DNA of 64,000 nucleotides from Eledone cirrhosa (Eukaryota), in contig OZ024741.1 in the NCBI GenBank assembly GCA_964016885.1, forward strand, positions 11,036,001 through 11,100,000. The letters are read 5' to 3'. Position numbers and translations under genes: made by a program. Shown here in pieces: positions 25,401 to 39,158 of this stretch. Under the pieces are notes generated by a model, which worked only from the letters and a program-made list of their open reading frames with translations, did not search any database and was not told the origin of the DNA. Position 1 is the stretch's first letter; every line of letters begins with the position of its first letter.

Positions 25401-28400
25401 TCGTCTCTGAAGACCTTCTGCTGTCCAGCTCTCCTGAGAGTTTCGTCTCTCAAGACCTTCTGCTGTCCAGCTCTCCTCAGAGTTTCGTCTCTCAAGACCT
25501 TCTGCTGTCCAGCTCTCCTCAGAGTTTCGTCTCTCAAGACCTTCTGCTGTCCAGCTCTCCTCAGAGTTTCGTCTCTTAAGACCTTCTGCTGTCCAGCTCT
25601 CCTCAGAGTTTCGTCTCTCAAGACCTTCTGCTGTCCAGCTCTCCTCAGAGTTTCGTCTCTCAAGACCTTCTGCTGTCCAGCTCTCCTCAGAGTTTCGTCT
25701 CTCAAGACCTTCTGCTGTCCAGCTCTCCTGAGAGTTTCGTCTCTGAAGACCTTCTACTGTCCAGCTCTCCTCAGAGTTTCGTCTCTCAAGACCTTCTGCT
25801 GTCCAGCTCTCCTCAGAGTTTCGTCTCTCAAGACCTTCTGCTGTCCAGCTCTCCTGAGAGTTTCGTCTCTGAAGACCTTCTACTGTCCAGCTCTCCTGAG
25901 AGTTTCTTCTCTGAAGACCTTCTGCTGTCCAGCTCTCCTGAGAGTTTCGTCTCTGAAGACCTTCTGCTGTCCAGCTCTCCTGAGAGTTTCGTCTCTGAAG
26001 ACCTTCTACTGTCCAGCTCTCCTGAGAGTTTCGTCTCTGAAGACCTTCTACTGTCCAGCTCTCCTGAGAGTTTCGTCTCTGAAGACCTTCTGCTGTCCAG
26101 CTCTCCTGAGAGTTTCGTCTCTGAAGACCTTCTACTGTCCAGCTCTCCTGAGAGTTTCGTCTCTGAAGACCTTCTGCTGTCCAGCTCTCCTGAGAGTTTC
26201 GTCTCTGAAGACCTTCTGCTGTCCAGCTCTCCTGAGAGTTTCGTCTCTGAAGACCTTCTGCTGTCCAGCTCTCCTGAGAGTCTCGTCTCTGAAGACCCAC
26301 TGCTGTCGAGCTCTCCTGAGAGTTTCGTCTCTGAAGACCTTCTGCTGTCCAGCTCTCCTGAGAGTTTCGTCTCTCAAGACCTTCTACTGTCCAGCTCTCC
26401 TGAGAGTCTCGTCTCTGAAGACCCACTGCTGTCCAGCTCTCCTGAGAGTTTCGTCTCTGAAGACCTACTGCTGTCCAGCTCTCCTGAGAGTTTCGTCTCT
26501 CAAGACCTTCTGCTGTCCAGCTCTCCGGAGAGTTTCGTCTCTCAGGACCTTCTGCTGTCCAGCTCCCCTGAGAGTTTCGTCTCTCAAGACCTTCTACTGT
26601 CCAGCTCTCCTGAGAGTTTCTTCTCTGAAGACCTTCTACTGTCCAGCTCTCCTCAGAGTTTCGTCTCTCAAGACCTTCTGCTGTCCAGCTCTCCGGAGAG
26701 TTTCGTCTCTCAGGACCTTCTGCTGTCCAGCTCCCCTGAGAGTTTCGTCTCTCAAGACCTTCTACTGTCCAGCTCTCCTGAGAGTTTCTTCTCTGAAGAC
26801 CTTCTACTGTCCAGCTCTCCTCAGAGTTTCGTCTCTCAAGACCTTCTGCTGTCCAGCTCTCCTGAGAGTTTCGTCTCTGAAGACCTTCTGCTGTCCAGCT
26901 CTCCTGAGAGTTTCGTCTCTGAAGACCTTCTACTGTCCAGCTCTCCTGAGAGTTTCGTCTCTCAAGACCTTCTGCTGTCCAGCTCTCCTGAGAGTTTCGT
27001 CTCTCAAGACCTTCTACTGTCCAGCTTTCCTGAGAGTTTCTTCTCTGAAGACCTTCTGCTGTCCAGCTCTCCTCAGAGTTTCGTCTCTGAAGACCTTCTG
27101 CTGTCCAGCTCTCCTCAGAGTTTCGTCTCTGAAGACCTTCTGCTGTCCAGCTCTCCTGAGAGTTTCGTCTATGAAGACCTTCTACTGTCCAGCTCTCCTG
27201 AGAGTTTCGTCTCTGAAGACCTTCTACTGTCCAGCTCTCCTCAGAGTTTCGTCTCTCAAGACCTTCTGCTGTCCAGCTCTCCTCAGAGTTTCGTCTCTCA
27301 AGACCTTCTGCTGTCCAGCTCTCCTGAGAGTTTCGTCTCTGAAGACCTTCTACTGTCCAGCTCTCCTGAGAGTTTCTTCTCTGAAGACCTTCTGCTGTCC
27401 AGCTCTCCTGAGAGTTTCGTCTCTGAAGACCTTCTGCTGTCCAGCTCTCCTGAGAGTTTCGTCTCTGAAGACCTTCTGCTGTCCAGCTCTCCTGAGAGTT
27501 TCGTCTCTGAAGACCTTCTACTGTCCAGCTCTCCTGAGAGTTTCGTCTCTGAAGACCTTCTGCTGTCCAGCTCTCCTGAGAGTTTCGTCTCTGAAGACCT
27601 TCTGCTGTCCAGCTCTCCTGAGAGTTTCGTCTCTCAAGACCTTCTGCTGTCCAGCTCTCCTCAGAGTTTCGTCTCTCAAGACCTTCTGCTGTCCAGCTCT
27701 CCTCAGAGTTTCGTCTCTCAAGACCTTCTGCTGTCCAGCTCTCCTCAGAGTTTCGTCTCTTAAGACCTTCTGCTGTCCAGCTCTCCTCAGAGTTTCGTCT
27801 CTCAAGACCTTCTGCTGTCCAGCTCTCCTCAGAGTTTCGTCTCTCAAGACCTTCTGCTGTCCAGCTCTCCTCAGAGTTTCGTCTCTCAAGACCTTCTGCT
27901 GTCCAGCTCTCCTGAGAGTTTCGTCTCTGAAGACCTTCTACTGTCCAGCTCTCCTCAGAGTTTCGTCTCTCAAGACCTTCTGCTGTCCAGCTCTCCTCAG
28001 AGTTTCGTCTCTCAAGACCTTCTGCTGTCCAGCTCTCCTGAGAGTTTCGTCTCTGAAGACCTTCTACTGTCCAGCTCTCCTGAGAGTTTCTTCTCTGAAG
28101 ACCTTCTGCTGTCCAGCTCTCCTGAGAGTTTCGTCTCTGAAGACCTTCTGCTGTCCAGCACTCCTGAGAGTTTCGTCTCTGAAGACCTACTGCTGTCCAG
28201 CTCTCCTGAGAGTTTCGTCTCTCTAGACCTTCTGCTGTCCAGCTCTCCTGAGAGTTTCGTCTCTCAAGACCTGCTGTCCAGCTCTCCTGAGAGTTTCTTC
28301 TCTGAAGACCTTCTGCTGTCCAGCTCTCCTCAGAGTTTCGTCTCTGAAGACCTTCTGCTGTCCAGCTCTCCTGAGAGTTTCGTCTCTGAAGACCCACTGC

Positions 28401-31400
28401 TGTCCAGCTCTCCTGAGAGTTTCGTCTCTGAAGACCCACTGCTGTCCAGCTCTCCTGAGAGTTTCGTCTCTGAAGACCTACTGCTGTCCAGCTCTCCTGA
28501 GAGTTTCGTCTCTCTAGACCTTCTGCTGTCCAGCTCTCCTGAGAGTTTCGTCTCTCAAGACCTTCTACTGTCCAGCTCTCCTAAGAGTTTCTTCTCTGAA
28601 GACCTTCTGCTGTCCAGCTCTCCTCAGAGTTTCGTCTCTGAAGACCTTCTGCTGTCCAACTCTCCTGAGAGTTTCTTCTCTGAAGACCTTCTGCTGTCCA
28701 GCTCTCCTCAGAGTTTCGTCTCTGAAGACCTTCTGCTGTCCAGCTCTCCTGAGAGTTTCGTCTCTGAAGACCTTCTGCTGTCCATCTCTCCTGAGAGTTT
28801 CGTCTCTCAAAACCTTCTGCTGTCCAGCTCTCCTGAGAGTTTCGTCTCTCAAGACCTTCTACTGTCCAGCTCTCCTGAGAGTTTCTTCTCTGAAGACCTT
28901 CTGCTGTCCAGCTCTCCTCAGAGTTTCTTCTCTGAAGACCTTCTGCTGTCCAGCTCTCCTGAGAGTTTCGTCTCTGAAGACCTTCTACTGTCCAGCTCTC
29001 CTCAGAGTTTCGTCTCTGAAGACCTTCTGCTGTCCAGCTCTCCTGAGAGTTTCGTCTCTGAAGACCTTCTGCTGTCCAGCTCTCCTGAGAGATTCGTCTC
29101 TGAAGACCCACTGCTGTCCAGCTCTCCTGAGAGTTTCGTCTCTGAAGACCTACTGCTGTCCAGCTCTCCTGAGAGTTTCGTCTCTCAAGACCTTCTGCTG
29201 TCCAGCTCTCCTGAGAGTTTCGTCTCTCAAGACCTTCTGCTGTCCAGCTCTCCTGAGAGTTTCGTCTCTCAAGACCTTCTACTGTCCAGCTCTCCTGAGA
29301 GTTTCGTCTCTGAAGACCTTCTGCTGTCCAGCTCTCCTCAGAGTTTCGTCTCTGAAGACCTTCTGCTGTCCAGCTCTCCTGAGAGTTTCGTCTCTGAAGA
29401 CCTTCTGCTGTCCAGCTCTCCTGAGAGTTTCGTCTCTGAAGACCTTCTACTGTCCAGCTCTCCTGAGAGTTTCGTCTCTCAAGACCTTCTGCTGTCCAGC
29501 TCTCCTGAGAGTTTCGTCTCTCAAGACCTTCTACTGTCCAGCTCTCCTGAGAGTTTCTTCTCTGAAGACCTTCTGATGTCCAGCTCTCCTCAGAGTTTCG
29601 TCTCTGAAGACCTTCTGCTGTCCAGCTCTCCTGAGAGTTTCGTCTCTGAAGACCTTCTGCTGTCCAGCTCTCCTGAGAGTTTCGTCTCTGAAGACCTTCT
29701 ACTGTCCAGCTCTCCTGAGAGTTTCGTCTCTCAAGACCTTCTGCTGTCCAGCTCTCCTGAGAGTTTCGTCTCTCAAGACCTTCTACTGTCCAGCTCTCCT
29801 GAGAGTTTCTTCTCTGAAGACCTTCTGCTGTCCAGCTCTCCTGAGAGTTTCGTCTCTGAAGACATTCTACTGTCCAGCTCTCCTCAGAGTTTCGTCTCTC
29901 AAGACCTTCTGCTGTCCAGCTCTCCTGAGAGTTTCGTCTCTGAAGACCTTCTGCTGTCCAGCTCTCCTGAGAGTTTCGTCTCTGAAGACCTTCTACTGTC
30001 CAGCTCTCCTCAGAGTTTCGTCTCTCAAGACCTTCTGCTGTCCAGCTCTCCTCAGAGTTTCGTCTCTCAAGACCTTCTGCTGTCCAGCTCTCCTGAGAGT
30101 TTCGTCTCTGAAGACCTTCTACTGTTCAGCTCTCCTGAGAGTTTCTTCTCTGAAGACCTTCTGCTGTCCAGCTCTCCTGAGAGTTTCGTCTCTGAAGACC
30201 TTCTGCTGTCCAGCTCTCCTGAGAGTTTCGTCTCTGAAGACCCACTGCTGTCCAGCTCTCCTGAGAGTTTCGTCTCTGAAGACCTACTGCTGTCCAGCTC
30301 TCCTGAGAGTTTCGTCTCTCTAGACCTTCTGCTGTCCAGCTCTCCTGAGAGTTTCGTCTCTCAAGACCTGCTGTCCAGCTCTCCTGAGAGTTTCGTCTCT
30401 CAAGACCTTCTACTGTCCAGCTCTCCTGAGAGTTTCTTCTCTGAAGACCTTCTGCTGTCCAGCTCTCCTCAGAGTTTCGTCTCTGAAGACCTTCTGCTGT
30501 CCAGCTCTCCTGAGAGTTTCGTCTCTCAAGACCTTCTACTGTCCAGCTCTCCTGAGAGTTTCGTCTCTGAAAACCTACTGCTGTCCAGCTCTCCTGAGAG
30601 TTTCGTCTCTCAAGACCTTCTGCTGTCCAGCTCTCCTGAGAGTTTCGTCTCTGAAGACCTTCTGCTGTCCAGCTCTCCTGAGAGTTTCGTCTCTGAAGAC
30701 CTTCTACTGTCCAGCTCTCCTGAGAGTTTCTTCTCTGAAGACCTTCTGCTGTCCAGCTCTCCTGAGAGTTTCTTCTCTCAAGACCTTCTGCTGTCCAGCT
30801 CTCCTCAGAGTTTCGTCTCTGAAGACCTTCTGCTGTCCAGCTCTCCTGACAGTTTCGTCTCTGAAGACCTACTGCTGTCCAGCTCTCCTGAGAGTTTCGT
30901 CTCTGAAGACCTTCTACTGTCCAGCTCTCCTGAGAGTTTCGTCTCTTAAGACCTTCTGCTGTCCAGCTCTCCTGAGAGTTTCTTCTCTGAAGACCTTCTA
31001 CTGTCCAGCTCTCCTGAGAGTTTCGACTCTGAAGACCTTCTGCTGTCCACCTCTCCTGACAGTTTCGTCTCTGAAGACTTACTGCTGTCCAGCTCTCCTG
31101 AGAGTTTCGTCTCTGAAGACCTACTGTTGTCCACCTCTCCTGAGAGTTTCGTCTCTGAAGACCTTCTGCTGTCCAGCTCTCCTGAGAGTTTCGTCTCTGA
31201 AGACCTTCTGCTGTCCAACTCTCCTGAGAGTTTCGTCTCTCAAGACCTTCTGCTGTCCAGCTCTCCTGACAGTTTCGTCTCTTAAGACCTTCTGCTGTCC
31301 AGCTCTCCTGAGAGTTTCGTCTCTGAAGACCTTCTGCTGTCCAGCTCTCCTCAGAGTTTCGTCTCTGAAGACCTTCTGCTGTCCAACTCTCCTGAGAGTT

Positions 31401-34400
31401 TCGTCTCTCAAGACCTTCTGCTGTCCAGCTCTCCTGAGAGTTTTTGTCTCTGAAGACCTTCTGCTGTCCAACTCTCCTCAGAGTTTCGTCTCTCAAGACC
31501 TTCTGCTGTCCAGCTCTCCTGACAGTTTCGTCTCTGAAGACCTTCTACTGTCCAGCTCTCCTGAGAGTTTCGTCTCTGAAGACCTGCTGTCCACCTCTCC
31601 TGGGAGTTTCGTCTCTGAAGACCTTCTACTGTCCAGCTCTCCTGAGAGTTTCGTCTCTGAAGACCTTCTGCTGTCCACCTCTCCTGAGAGTTTCATCTCT
31701 GAAGACTTTCTGCTGTCCAGCTCTCCTGGGAGTTTCGTCTCTGAAGACTTTCTGCTGTCCAGCTCTCCTGGGAGTTTCGTCTCTGAAGACCCTGTACTGA
31801 CCAGCTCTCCTGGAAGTTTCGTCTCTCAAGACCTTCTGCTGTCCAGCTCTCCTGAGAGTTTCGTCTCTGAAGACCTTCTGCTGTCCAGCTCTCCTGAGAG
31901 TTTCGTCTCTGAAGACCTTCTACTGTCCAGCTCTCCTGAGAGTTTCGTCTCTCAAGACCTTCTGCTGTCCAGCTCTCCTGAGAGTTTCGTCTCTCAAGAC
32001 CTTCTACTGTCCAGCTTTCCTGAGAGTTTCTTCTCTGAAGACCTTCTGCTGTCCAGCTCTCCTCAGAGTTTCGTCTCTGAAGACCTACTGCTGTCCAGCT
32101 CTCCTGAGAGTTTCGTCTCTGAAGACCTTCTGCTGTCCAGCTCTCCTGAGAGTTTCGTCTCTGAAGACCTTCTACTGTCCAGCTCTCCTGAGAGTTTCTT
32201 CTCTGAAGACCTTCTGCTGTCCAGCTCTCCTCAGAGTTTCTTCTCTGAAGACCTTCTGCTGTCCAGCTCTCCTGAGAGTTTCGTCTCTGAAGACCTTCTA
32301 CTGTCCAGCTCTCCTGAGAGTTTCGTCTCTGAAGACCTTCTACTGTCCAGCTCTCCTCAGAGTTTCGTCTCTCAAGACCTTCTGCTGTCCAGCTCTCCTC
32401 AGAGTTTCGTCTCTCAAGACCTTCTGCTGTCCAGCTCTCCTGAGAGTTTCGTCTCTGAAGACCTTCTACTGTCCAGCTCTCCTGAGAGTTTCTTCTCTGA
32501 AGACCTTCTGCTGTCCAGCTCTCCTGAGAGTTTCGTCTCTGAAGACCTTCTGCTGTCCAGCTCTCCTGAGAGTTTCGTCTCTGAAGACCTTCTGCTGTCC
32601 AGCTCTCCTGAGAGTTTCGTCTCTGAAGACCTTCTACTGTCCAGCTCTCCTGAGAGTTTCGTCTCTGAAGACCTTCTGCTGTCCAGCTCTCCTGAGAGTT
32701 TCGTCTCTGAAGACCTTCTGCTGTCCAGCTCTCCTGAGAGTTTCGTCTCTGAAGACCTTCTGCTGTCCAGCTCTCCTGAGAGTTTCGTCTCTGAAGACCT
32801 TCTGCTGTCCAGCTCTCCTGAGAGTTTCGTCTCTGAAGACCTTCTGCTGTCCAGCTCTCCTCAGAGTTTCGTCTCTCAAGACCTTCTGCTGTCCAGCTCT
32901 CCTCAGAGTTTCGTCTCTCAAGACCTTCTGCTGTCCAGCTCTCCTCAGAGTTTCGTCTCTCAAGACCTTCTGCTGTCCAGCTCTCCTCAGAGTTTCGTCT
33001 CTCAAGACCTTCTGCTGTCCAGCTCTCCTGAGAGTTTCGTCTCTGAAGACCTTCTACTGTCCAGCTCTCCTCAGAGTTTCGTCTCTCAAGACCTTCTGCT
33101 GTCCAGCTCTCCTCAGAGTTTCGTCTCTCAAGACCTTCTGCTGTCCAGCTCTCCTGAGAGTTTCGTCTCTGAAGACCTTCTACTGTCCAGCTCTCCTGAG
33201 AGTTTCTTCTCTGAAGACCTTCTGCTGTCCAGCTCTCCTGAGAGTTTCGTCTCTGAAGACCTTCTGCTGTCCAGCTCTCCTGAGAGTTTCGTCTCTGAAG
33301 ACCTACTGCTGTCCAGCTCTCCTGAGAGTTTCGTCTCTCTAGACCTTCTGCTGTCCAGCTCTCCTGAGAGTTTCGTCTCTCAAGACCTGCTGTCCAGCTC
33401 TCCTGAGAGTTTCTTCTCTGAAGACCTTCTGCTGTCCAGCTCTCCTCAGAGTTTCGTCTCTGAAGACCTTCTGCTGTCCAGCTCTCCTGAGAGTTTCGTC
33501 TCTGAAGACCCACTGCTGTCCAGCTCTCCTGAGAGTTTCGTCTCTGAAGACCCACTGCTGTCCAGCTCTCCTGAGAGTTTCGTCTCTGAAGACCTACTGC
33601 TGTCCAGCTCTCCTGAGAGTTTCGTCTCTCTAGACCTTCTGCTGTCCAGCTCTCCTGAGAGTTTCGTCTCTCAAGACCTTCTACTGTCCAGCTCTCCTAA
33701 GAGTTTCTTCTCTGAAGACCTTCTGCTGTCCAGCTCTCCTCAGAGTTTCGTCTCTGAAGACCTTCTGCTGTCCAACTCTCCTGAGAGTTTCTTCTCTGAA
33801 GACCTTCTGCTGTCCAGCTCTCCTCAGAGTTTCGTCTCTGAAGACCTTCTGCTGTCCAGCTCTCCTGAGAGTTTCGTCTCTGAAGACCTTCTGCTGTCCA
33901 TCTCTCCTGAGAGTTTCGTCTCTCAAAACCTTCTGCTGTCCAGCTCTCCTGAGAGTTTCGTCTCTCAAGACCTTCTACTGTCCAGCTCTCCTGAGAGTTT
34001 CTTCTCTGAAGACCTTCTGCTGTCCAGCTCTCCTCAGAGTTTCTTCTCTGAAGACCTTCTGCTGTCCAGCTCTCCTGAGAGTTTCGTCTCTGAAGACCTT
34101 CTACTGTCCAGCTCTCCTCAGAGTTTCGTCTCTGAAGACCTTCTGCTGTCCAGCTCTCCTGAGAGTTTCGTCTCTGAAGACCTTCTGCTGTCCAGCTCTC
34201 CTGAGAGATTCGTCTCTGAAGACCCACTGCTGTCCAGCTCTCCTGAGAGTTTCGTCTCTGAAGACCTACTGCTGTCCAGCTCTCCTGAGAGTTTCGTCTC
34301 TCAAGACCTTCTGCTGTCCAGCTCTCCTGAGAGTTTCGTCTCTCAAGACCTTCTGCTGTCCAGCTCTCCTGAGAGTTTCGTCTCTCAAGACCTTCTACTG

Positions 34401-37400
34401 TCCAGCTCTCCTGAGAGTTTCGTCTCTGAAGACCTTCTGCTGTCCAGCTCTCCTCAGAGTTTCGTCTCTGAAGACCTTCTGCTGTCCAGCTCTCCTGAGA
34501 GTTTCGTCTCTGAAGACCTTCTGCTGTCCAGCTCTCCTGAGAGTTTCGTCTCTGAAGACCTTCTACTGTCCAGCTCTCCTGAGAGTTTCGTCTCTCAAGA
34601 CCTTCTGCTGTCCAGCTCTCCTGAGAGTTTCGTCTCTCAAGACCTTCTACTGTCCAGCTCTCCTGAGAGTTTCTTCTCTGAAGACCTTCTGCTGTCCAGC
34701 TCTCCTCAGAGTTTCGTCTCTGAAGACCTTCTGCTGTCCAGCTCTCCTGAGAGTTTCGTCTCTGAAGACCTTCTGCTGTCCAGCTCTCCTGAGAGTTTCG
34801 TCTCTGAAGACCTTCTACTGTCCAGCTCTCCTGAGAGTTTCGTCTCTCAAGACCTTCTGCTGTCCAGCTCTCCTGAGAGTTTCGTCTCTCAAGACCTTCT
34901 ACTGTCCAGCTCTCCTGAGAGTTTCTTCTCTGAAGACCTTCTGCTGTCCAGCTCTCCTCAGAGTTTCTTCTCTGAAGACCTTCTGCTGTCCAGCTCTCCT
35001 GAGAGTTTCGTCTCTGAAGACATTCTACTGTCCAGCTCTCCTCAGAGTTTCGTCTCTCAAGACCTTCTGCTGTCCAGCTCTCCTGAGAGTTTCGTCTCTG
35101 AAGACCTTCTGCTGTCCAGCTCTCCTGAGAGTTTCGTCTCTGAAGACCTTCTACTGTCCAGCTCTCCTCAGAGTTTCGTCTCTCAAGACCTTCTGCTGTC
35201 CAGCTCTCCTCAGAGTTTCGTCTCTCAAGACCTTCTGCTGTCCAGCTCTCCTGAGAGTTTCGTCTCTGAAGACCTTCTACTGTCCAGCTCTCCTGAGAGT
35301 TTCTTCTCTGAAGACCTTCTGCTGTCCAGCTCTCCTGAGAGTTTCGTCTCTGAAGACCTTCTGCTGTCCAGCTCTCCTGAGAGTTTCGTCTCTGAAGACC
35401 CACTGCTGTCCAGCTCTCCTGAGAGTTTCGTCTCTGAAGACCTACTGCTGTCCAGCTCTCCTGAGAGTTTCGTCTCTCTAGACCTTCTGCTGTACAGCTC
35501 TCCTGAGAGTTTCGTCTCTCAAGACCTGCTGTCCAGCTCTCCTGAGAGTTTCGTCTCTCAAGACCTTCTACTGTCCAGCTCTCCTGAGAGTTTCTTCTCT
35601 GAAGACCTTCTGCTGTCCAGCTCTCCTCAGAGTTTCGTCTCTGAAGACCTTCTGCTGTCCAGCTCTCCTGAGAGTTTCGTCTCTGAAGACCTTCTGCTGT
35701 CCAGCTCTCCTCAGAGTTTCGTCTCTGAAGACCTTCTACTGTCCAACTCTCCTGAGAGTTTCGTCTCTCAAGACCTTCTGCTGTCCAGCTCTCCTGAGAG
35801 TTTCGTCTCTCAAGACCTTCTACTGTCCAGCTCTCCTGAGAGTTTCGTCTCTGAAGACCTACTGCTGTCCAGCTCTCCTGAGAGTTTCGTCTCTCAAGAC
35901 CTTCTGCTGTCCAGCTCTCCTGAGAGTTTCGTCTCTGAAGACCTTCTGCTGTCCAGCTCTCCTGAGAGTTTCGTCTCTGAAGACCTTCTACTGTCCAGCT
36001 CTCCTGAGAGTTTCTTCTCTGAAGACCTTCTGCTGTCCAGCTCTCCTGAGAGTTTCTTCTCTCAAGACCTTCTGCTGTCCAGCTCTCCTCAGAGTTTCGT
36101 CTCTGAAGACCTTCTGCTGTCCAGCTCTCCTGAGAGTTTCGTCTCTGAAGACCTTCTACTGTCCAGCTCTCCTGAGAGTTTCGTCTCTTAAGACCTTCTG
36201 CTGTCCAGCTCTCCTGAGAGTTTCTTCTCTGAAGACCTTCTGCTGTCCAGCTCTCCTGAGAGTTTCTTCTCTGAAGACCTTCTGCTGTCCAGATCTCCTG
36301 AGAGTTTCGTCTCTGAAGACCTTCTACTGTCCAGCTCTCCTGAGAGTTTCGACTCTGAAGACCTTCTGCTGTCCACCTCTCCTGACAGTTTCGTCTCTGA
36401 AGACTTACTGCTGTCCAGCTCTCCTGAGAGTTTCGTCTCTGAAGACCTACTGTTGTCCACCTCTCCTGAGAGTTTCGTCTCTGAAGACCTTCTGCTGTCC
36501 AGCTCTCCTGAGAGTTTCGTCTCTGAAGACCTTCTGCTGTCCAACTCTCCTGAGAGTTTCGTCTCTCAAGACCTTCTGCTGTCCAGCTCTCCTGACAGTT
36601 TCGTCTCTTAAGACCTTCTGCTGTCCAGCTCTCCTGAGAGTTTCGTCTCTGAAGACCTTCTGCTGTCCAGCTCTCCTCAGAGTTTCGTCTCTGAAGACCT
36701 TCTGCTGTCCAACTCTCCTGAGAGTTTCGTCTCTCAAGACCTTCTGCTGTCCAGCTCTCCTGAGAGTTTTTGTCTCTGAAGACCTTCTGCTGTCCAACTC
36801 TCCTGAGAGTTTCGTCTCTCAAGACCTTCTGCTGTCCAGCTCTCCTGACAGTTTCGTCTCTGAAGACCTTCTACTGTCCAGCTCTCCTGAGAGTTTCGTC
36901 TCTGAAGACCTGCTGTCCACCTCTCCTGGGAGTTTCGTCTCTGAAGACCTTCTACTGTCCAGCTCTCCTGAGAGTTTCGTCTCTGAAGACCTTCTGCTGT
37001 CCACCTCTCCTGAGAGTTTCATCTCTGAAGACTTTCTGCTGTCCAGCTCTCCTGGGAGTTTCGTCTCTGAAGACTTTCTGCTGTCCAGCTCTCCTGGGAG
37101 TTTCGTCTCTGAAGACCTTGTACTGACCAGCTCTCCTGGAAGTTTCGTCTCTGAAGACCTTCTACTGACCAGCTCTCCTGGGAGTTTCGTCTCTGAAGAC
37201 CTACTGCTGTCCAACTCTCCTGAGAGTTTCGTCTCTGAAGACCTTCTGCTGTCCAGCTCTCCTGAGAGTTTCTTCTCTGAAGACCTACTGTTGTCCAGCT
37301 CTCCTGAGAGTTTCTTCTCTCAAGACCTTCTGCTGTCCAGCTCTCCTGAGAGTTTCGTCTCTGAAGACCTTCTGCTGTCCAACTCTCCTGAGAGTTTCTT

Positions 37401-37776
37401 CTCTCAAGACCTTCTGCTGTCCAGCTCTCCTGAGATTTACGTCTCTGAAGACCTTCTGCTGTCCAGCTCTCCTGAGTTTCTTCTCTCAAGACCTTCTTCT
37501 GTCCAGCTCTCCTGAGGGTTTCTTCTCTGAAGACATACTGTTGTCCAGCTTCTCTGAGGGTTTCTTCTCTGAAGACCTACTGTTGTCCAGCTCTCCTGAG
37601 AGTTTCCTCTCTCAAGACCTACTGCTGTTCAGCTCTCCTGAGAGTTTCTTCTCTGAAGACCTACTGTTGTCCACCTCTCCTGAGAGTTTCGTCTCTGAAG
37701 ACCTACTGTTGTCCAGCTCTCCTGAGAGTTTCTTCTCTCAAGACCTTCTACTGTCCAGCTCTCCTAGGAGTTTCTT
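16418..37776. repeat. 42-bp satellite (GAGAGTTTCGTCTCTGAAGACCTTCTGCTGTCCAGCTCTCCT), ~500 copies, with higher-order duplications
   Basis: 42-nt periodicity over ~21.4 kb; occasional 39-bp units; diverged right edge. Confidence 0.99.
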
Positions 37777-38231
37777 ATCACTATGTGATAAGGGGAAGGA
37801 GCATTGGCAATTAAACAACCATGCGGTTAATAAACTGACTGAAGATTGGATTAGTTACTTTAATAAATCTCAACAGGTTTGTGTGTTTTTATTGGCAACA
37901 TGACCCTACCTCTGTATAACAATATCTGTTTCAACACACGTTTCACATCAAGAATCCCGCAAAACAAATACAGAATGGAAGCATACATAGATACATATAT
38001 TTATATATATATAGGAAAAAGTATGACCCCGACGGCAGAGCTCAAGCCGTTTCGACGGCTATTTCTGGACTCGATGCGTTATGCTTCATCTGGTGCGTTC
38101 ATATGGTCCATCTGCTGCATTCTGGTGCGTTATGGTCCATCTGGTTCCTTATATAATTGGTGTGGGATGCTTAAAGCATCCCTAAGCGGTAGGCCGTTTG
38201 AGCACTCGATGCTCTTACAGAGCAGTGTATT

Positions 38232-38453
38232 ATATCACATAAGAAACAGAGAATCACTGGTGCGACAAATTAAAATTTATTAGACATATTACAATCGTTT
38301 CTCTGGCGACCTGTTTCGAAGAATTGAGACGTATCTGAGGATCTTGCGATATCAGAGTCAGGTTCAATCATCGAGCTGGTCGCCAGAGAAACGATTGTAA
38401 TATGTCTAATACATTTTAATTTGTCGCAACACTGATTCTCCGTTTCTTATGTG

Positions 38454-38458
<5 letters not shown>
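38232..38458. repeat. Fold-back element: ~80-bp inverted arms around a ~65-bp spacer, next to (TA)n
   Basis: ATATCACATAAGAAAC...CTCTGGCGACC mirrored by GGTCGCCAGAG...GTTTCTTATGTGATAT. Confidence 0.8.
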
Positions 38459-38512
<54 letters not shown>

Positions 38513-38514
38513 GA

Positions 38515-39158
38515 TATATTTCTTTTATTTGCCACTAGGGCATCAAAAGTGGGACAAGTACAAAGGGGGGAGTTTACACAAAAAGGCGTCCTCAATAAGG
38601 AGGAGGCAATAACAAAATATAAAAATAAAATAAGATATAACAAAAAAAAAATTTTTTAACAAAATCCTCAATAGAGAGGAGGCGCCTTGGGGGGTCGCAC
38701 ACACCCCCGAAAAAAGTGTGCAACCCTTCTCCTCAGGAGCACAGGCACAGAGAAGGGGTGCTCCCTTGGTCTTTCATCTTCCTCACCTATAGTCTGATGT
38801 AGAGTGAAGGCCCATTCACACGGGCCATTCTCGCCACTTTCACCCATCTTTCATAGAAACGGCTGGGGTGCAGCACCTCTCTCTCCATCCTGATCCTTCT
38901 TCCGAAATGATATCGGAAGAAACGGACCAGTTGTTGGCCAGAGAGAAAGGTGCCCGACCTCAGTCCTTTCAGACGCGTCCACCATACAACCTCTTTCGCC
39001 ATGGCTATTACGCACAGAAACACCGCCTCTGCTTCATCTTTGAAGGGGGGAGGCGGCTTGATCATTACAATAGACTCGGTGGTCAACCGGATCGGTCCCA
39101 CCCTTGACAGCAGTTGTTCGACATAGCCCCACAGATCGGCTACGCCCGAGCAGTGTAC
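38515..39158 (-). mobile_element. Tx1-like LINE, 5'-truncated copy C (same subfamily as copy B)
   Basis: ORF 38787..39101 and 3' UTR closely match 11941-12570; (GATA)n/(TA)n flanks. Confidence 0.9.

Noticed and set aside
16418-37776. BsmBI (CGTCTC) and BbsI (GAAGAC) sites in most units, suggesting a synthetic construct
   Set aside because: Natural variant structure, decayed edges and genomic flanks; coincidence
16371-37903. Giant 1000-2000 aa ORFs on both strands
   Set aside because: They are products of a 42-bp (14-codon) unit; several frames are open at once and each is interrupted by stops or a +1 insertion (~31441, ~36770), so no frame is protected
38010-38075. Hammerhead in the repeat shared with 51656-51750
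   Set aside because: GAAA hairpin present but no CUGANGA or UUGANAA core in the right position
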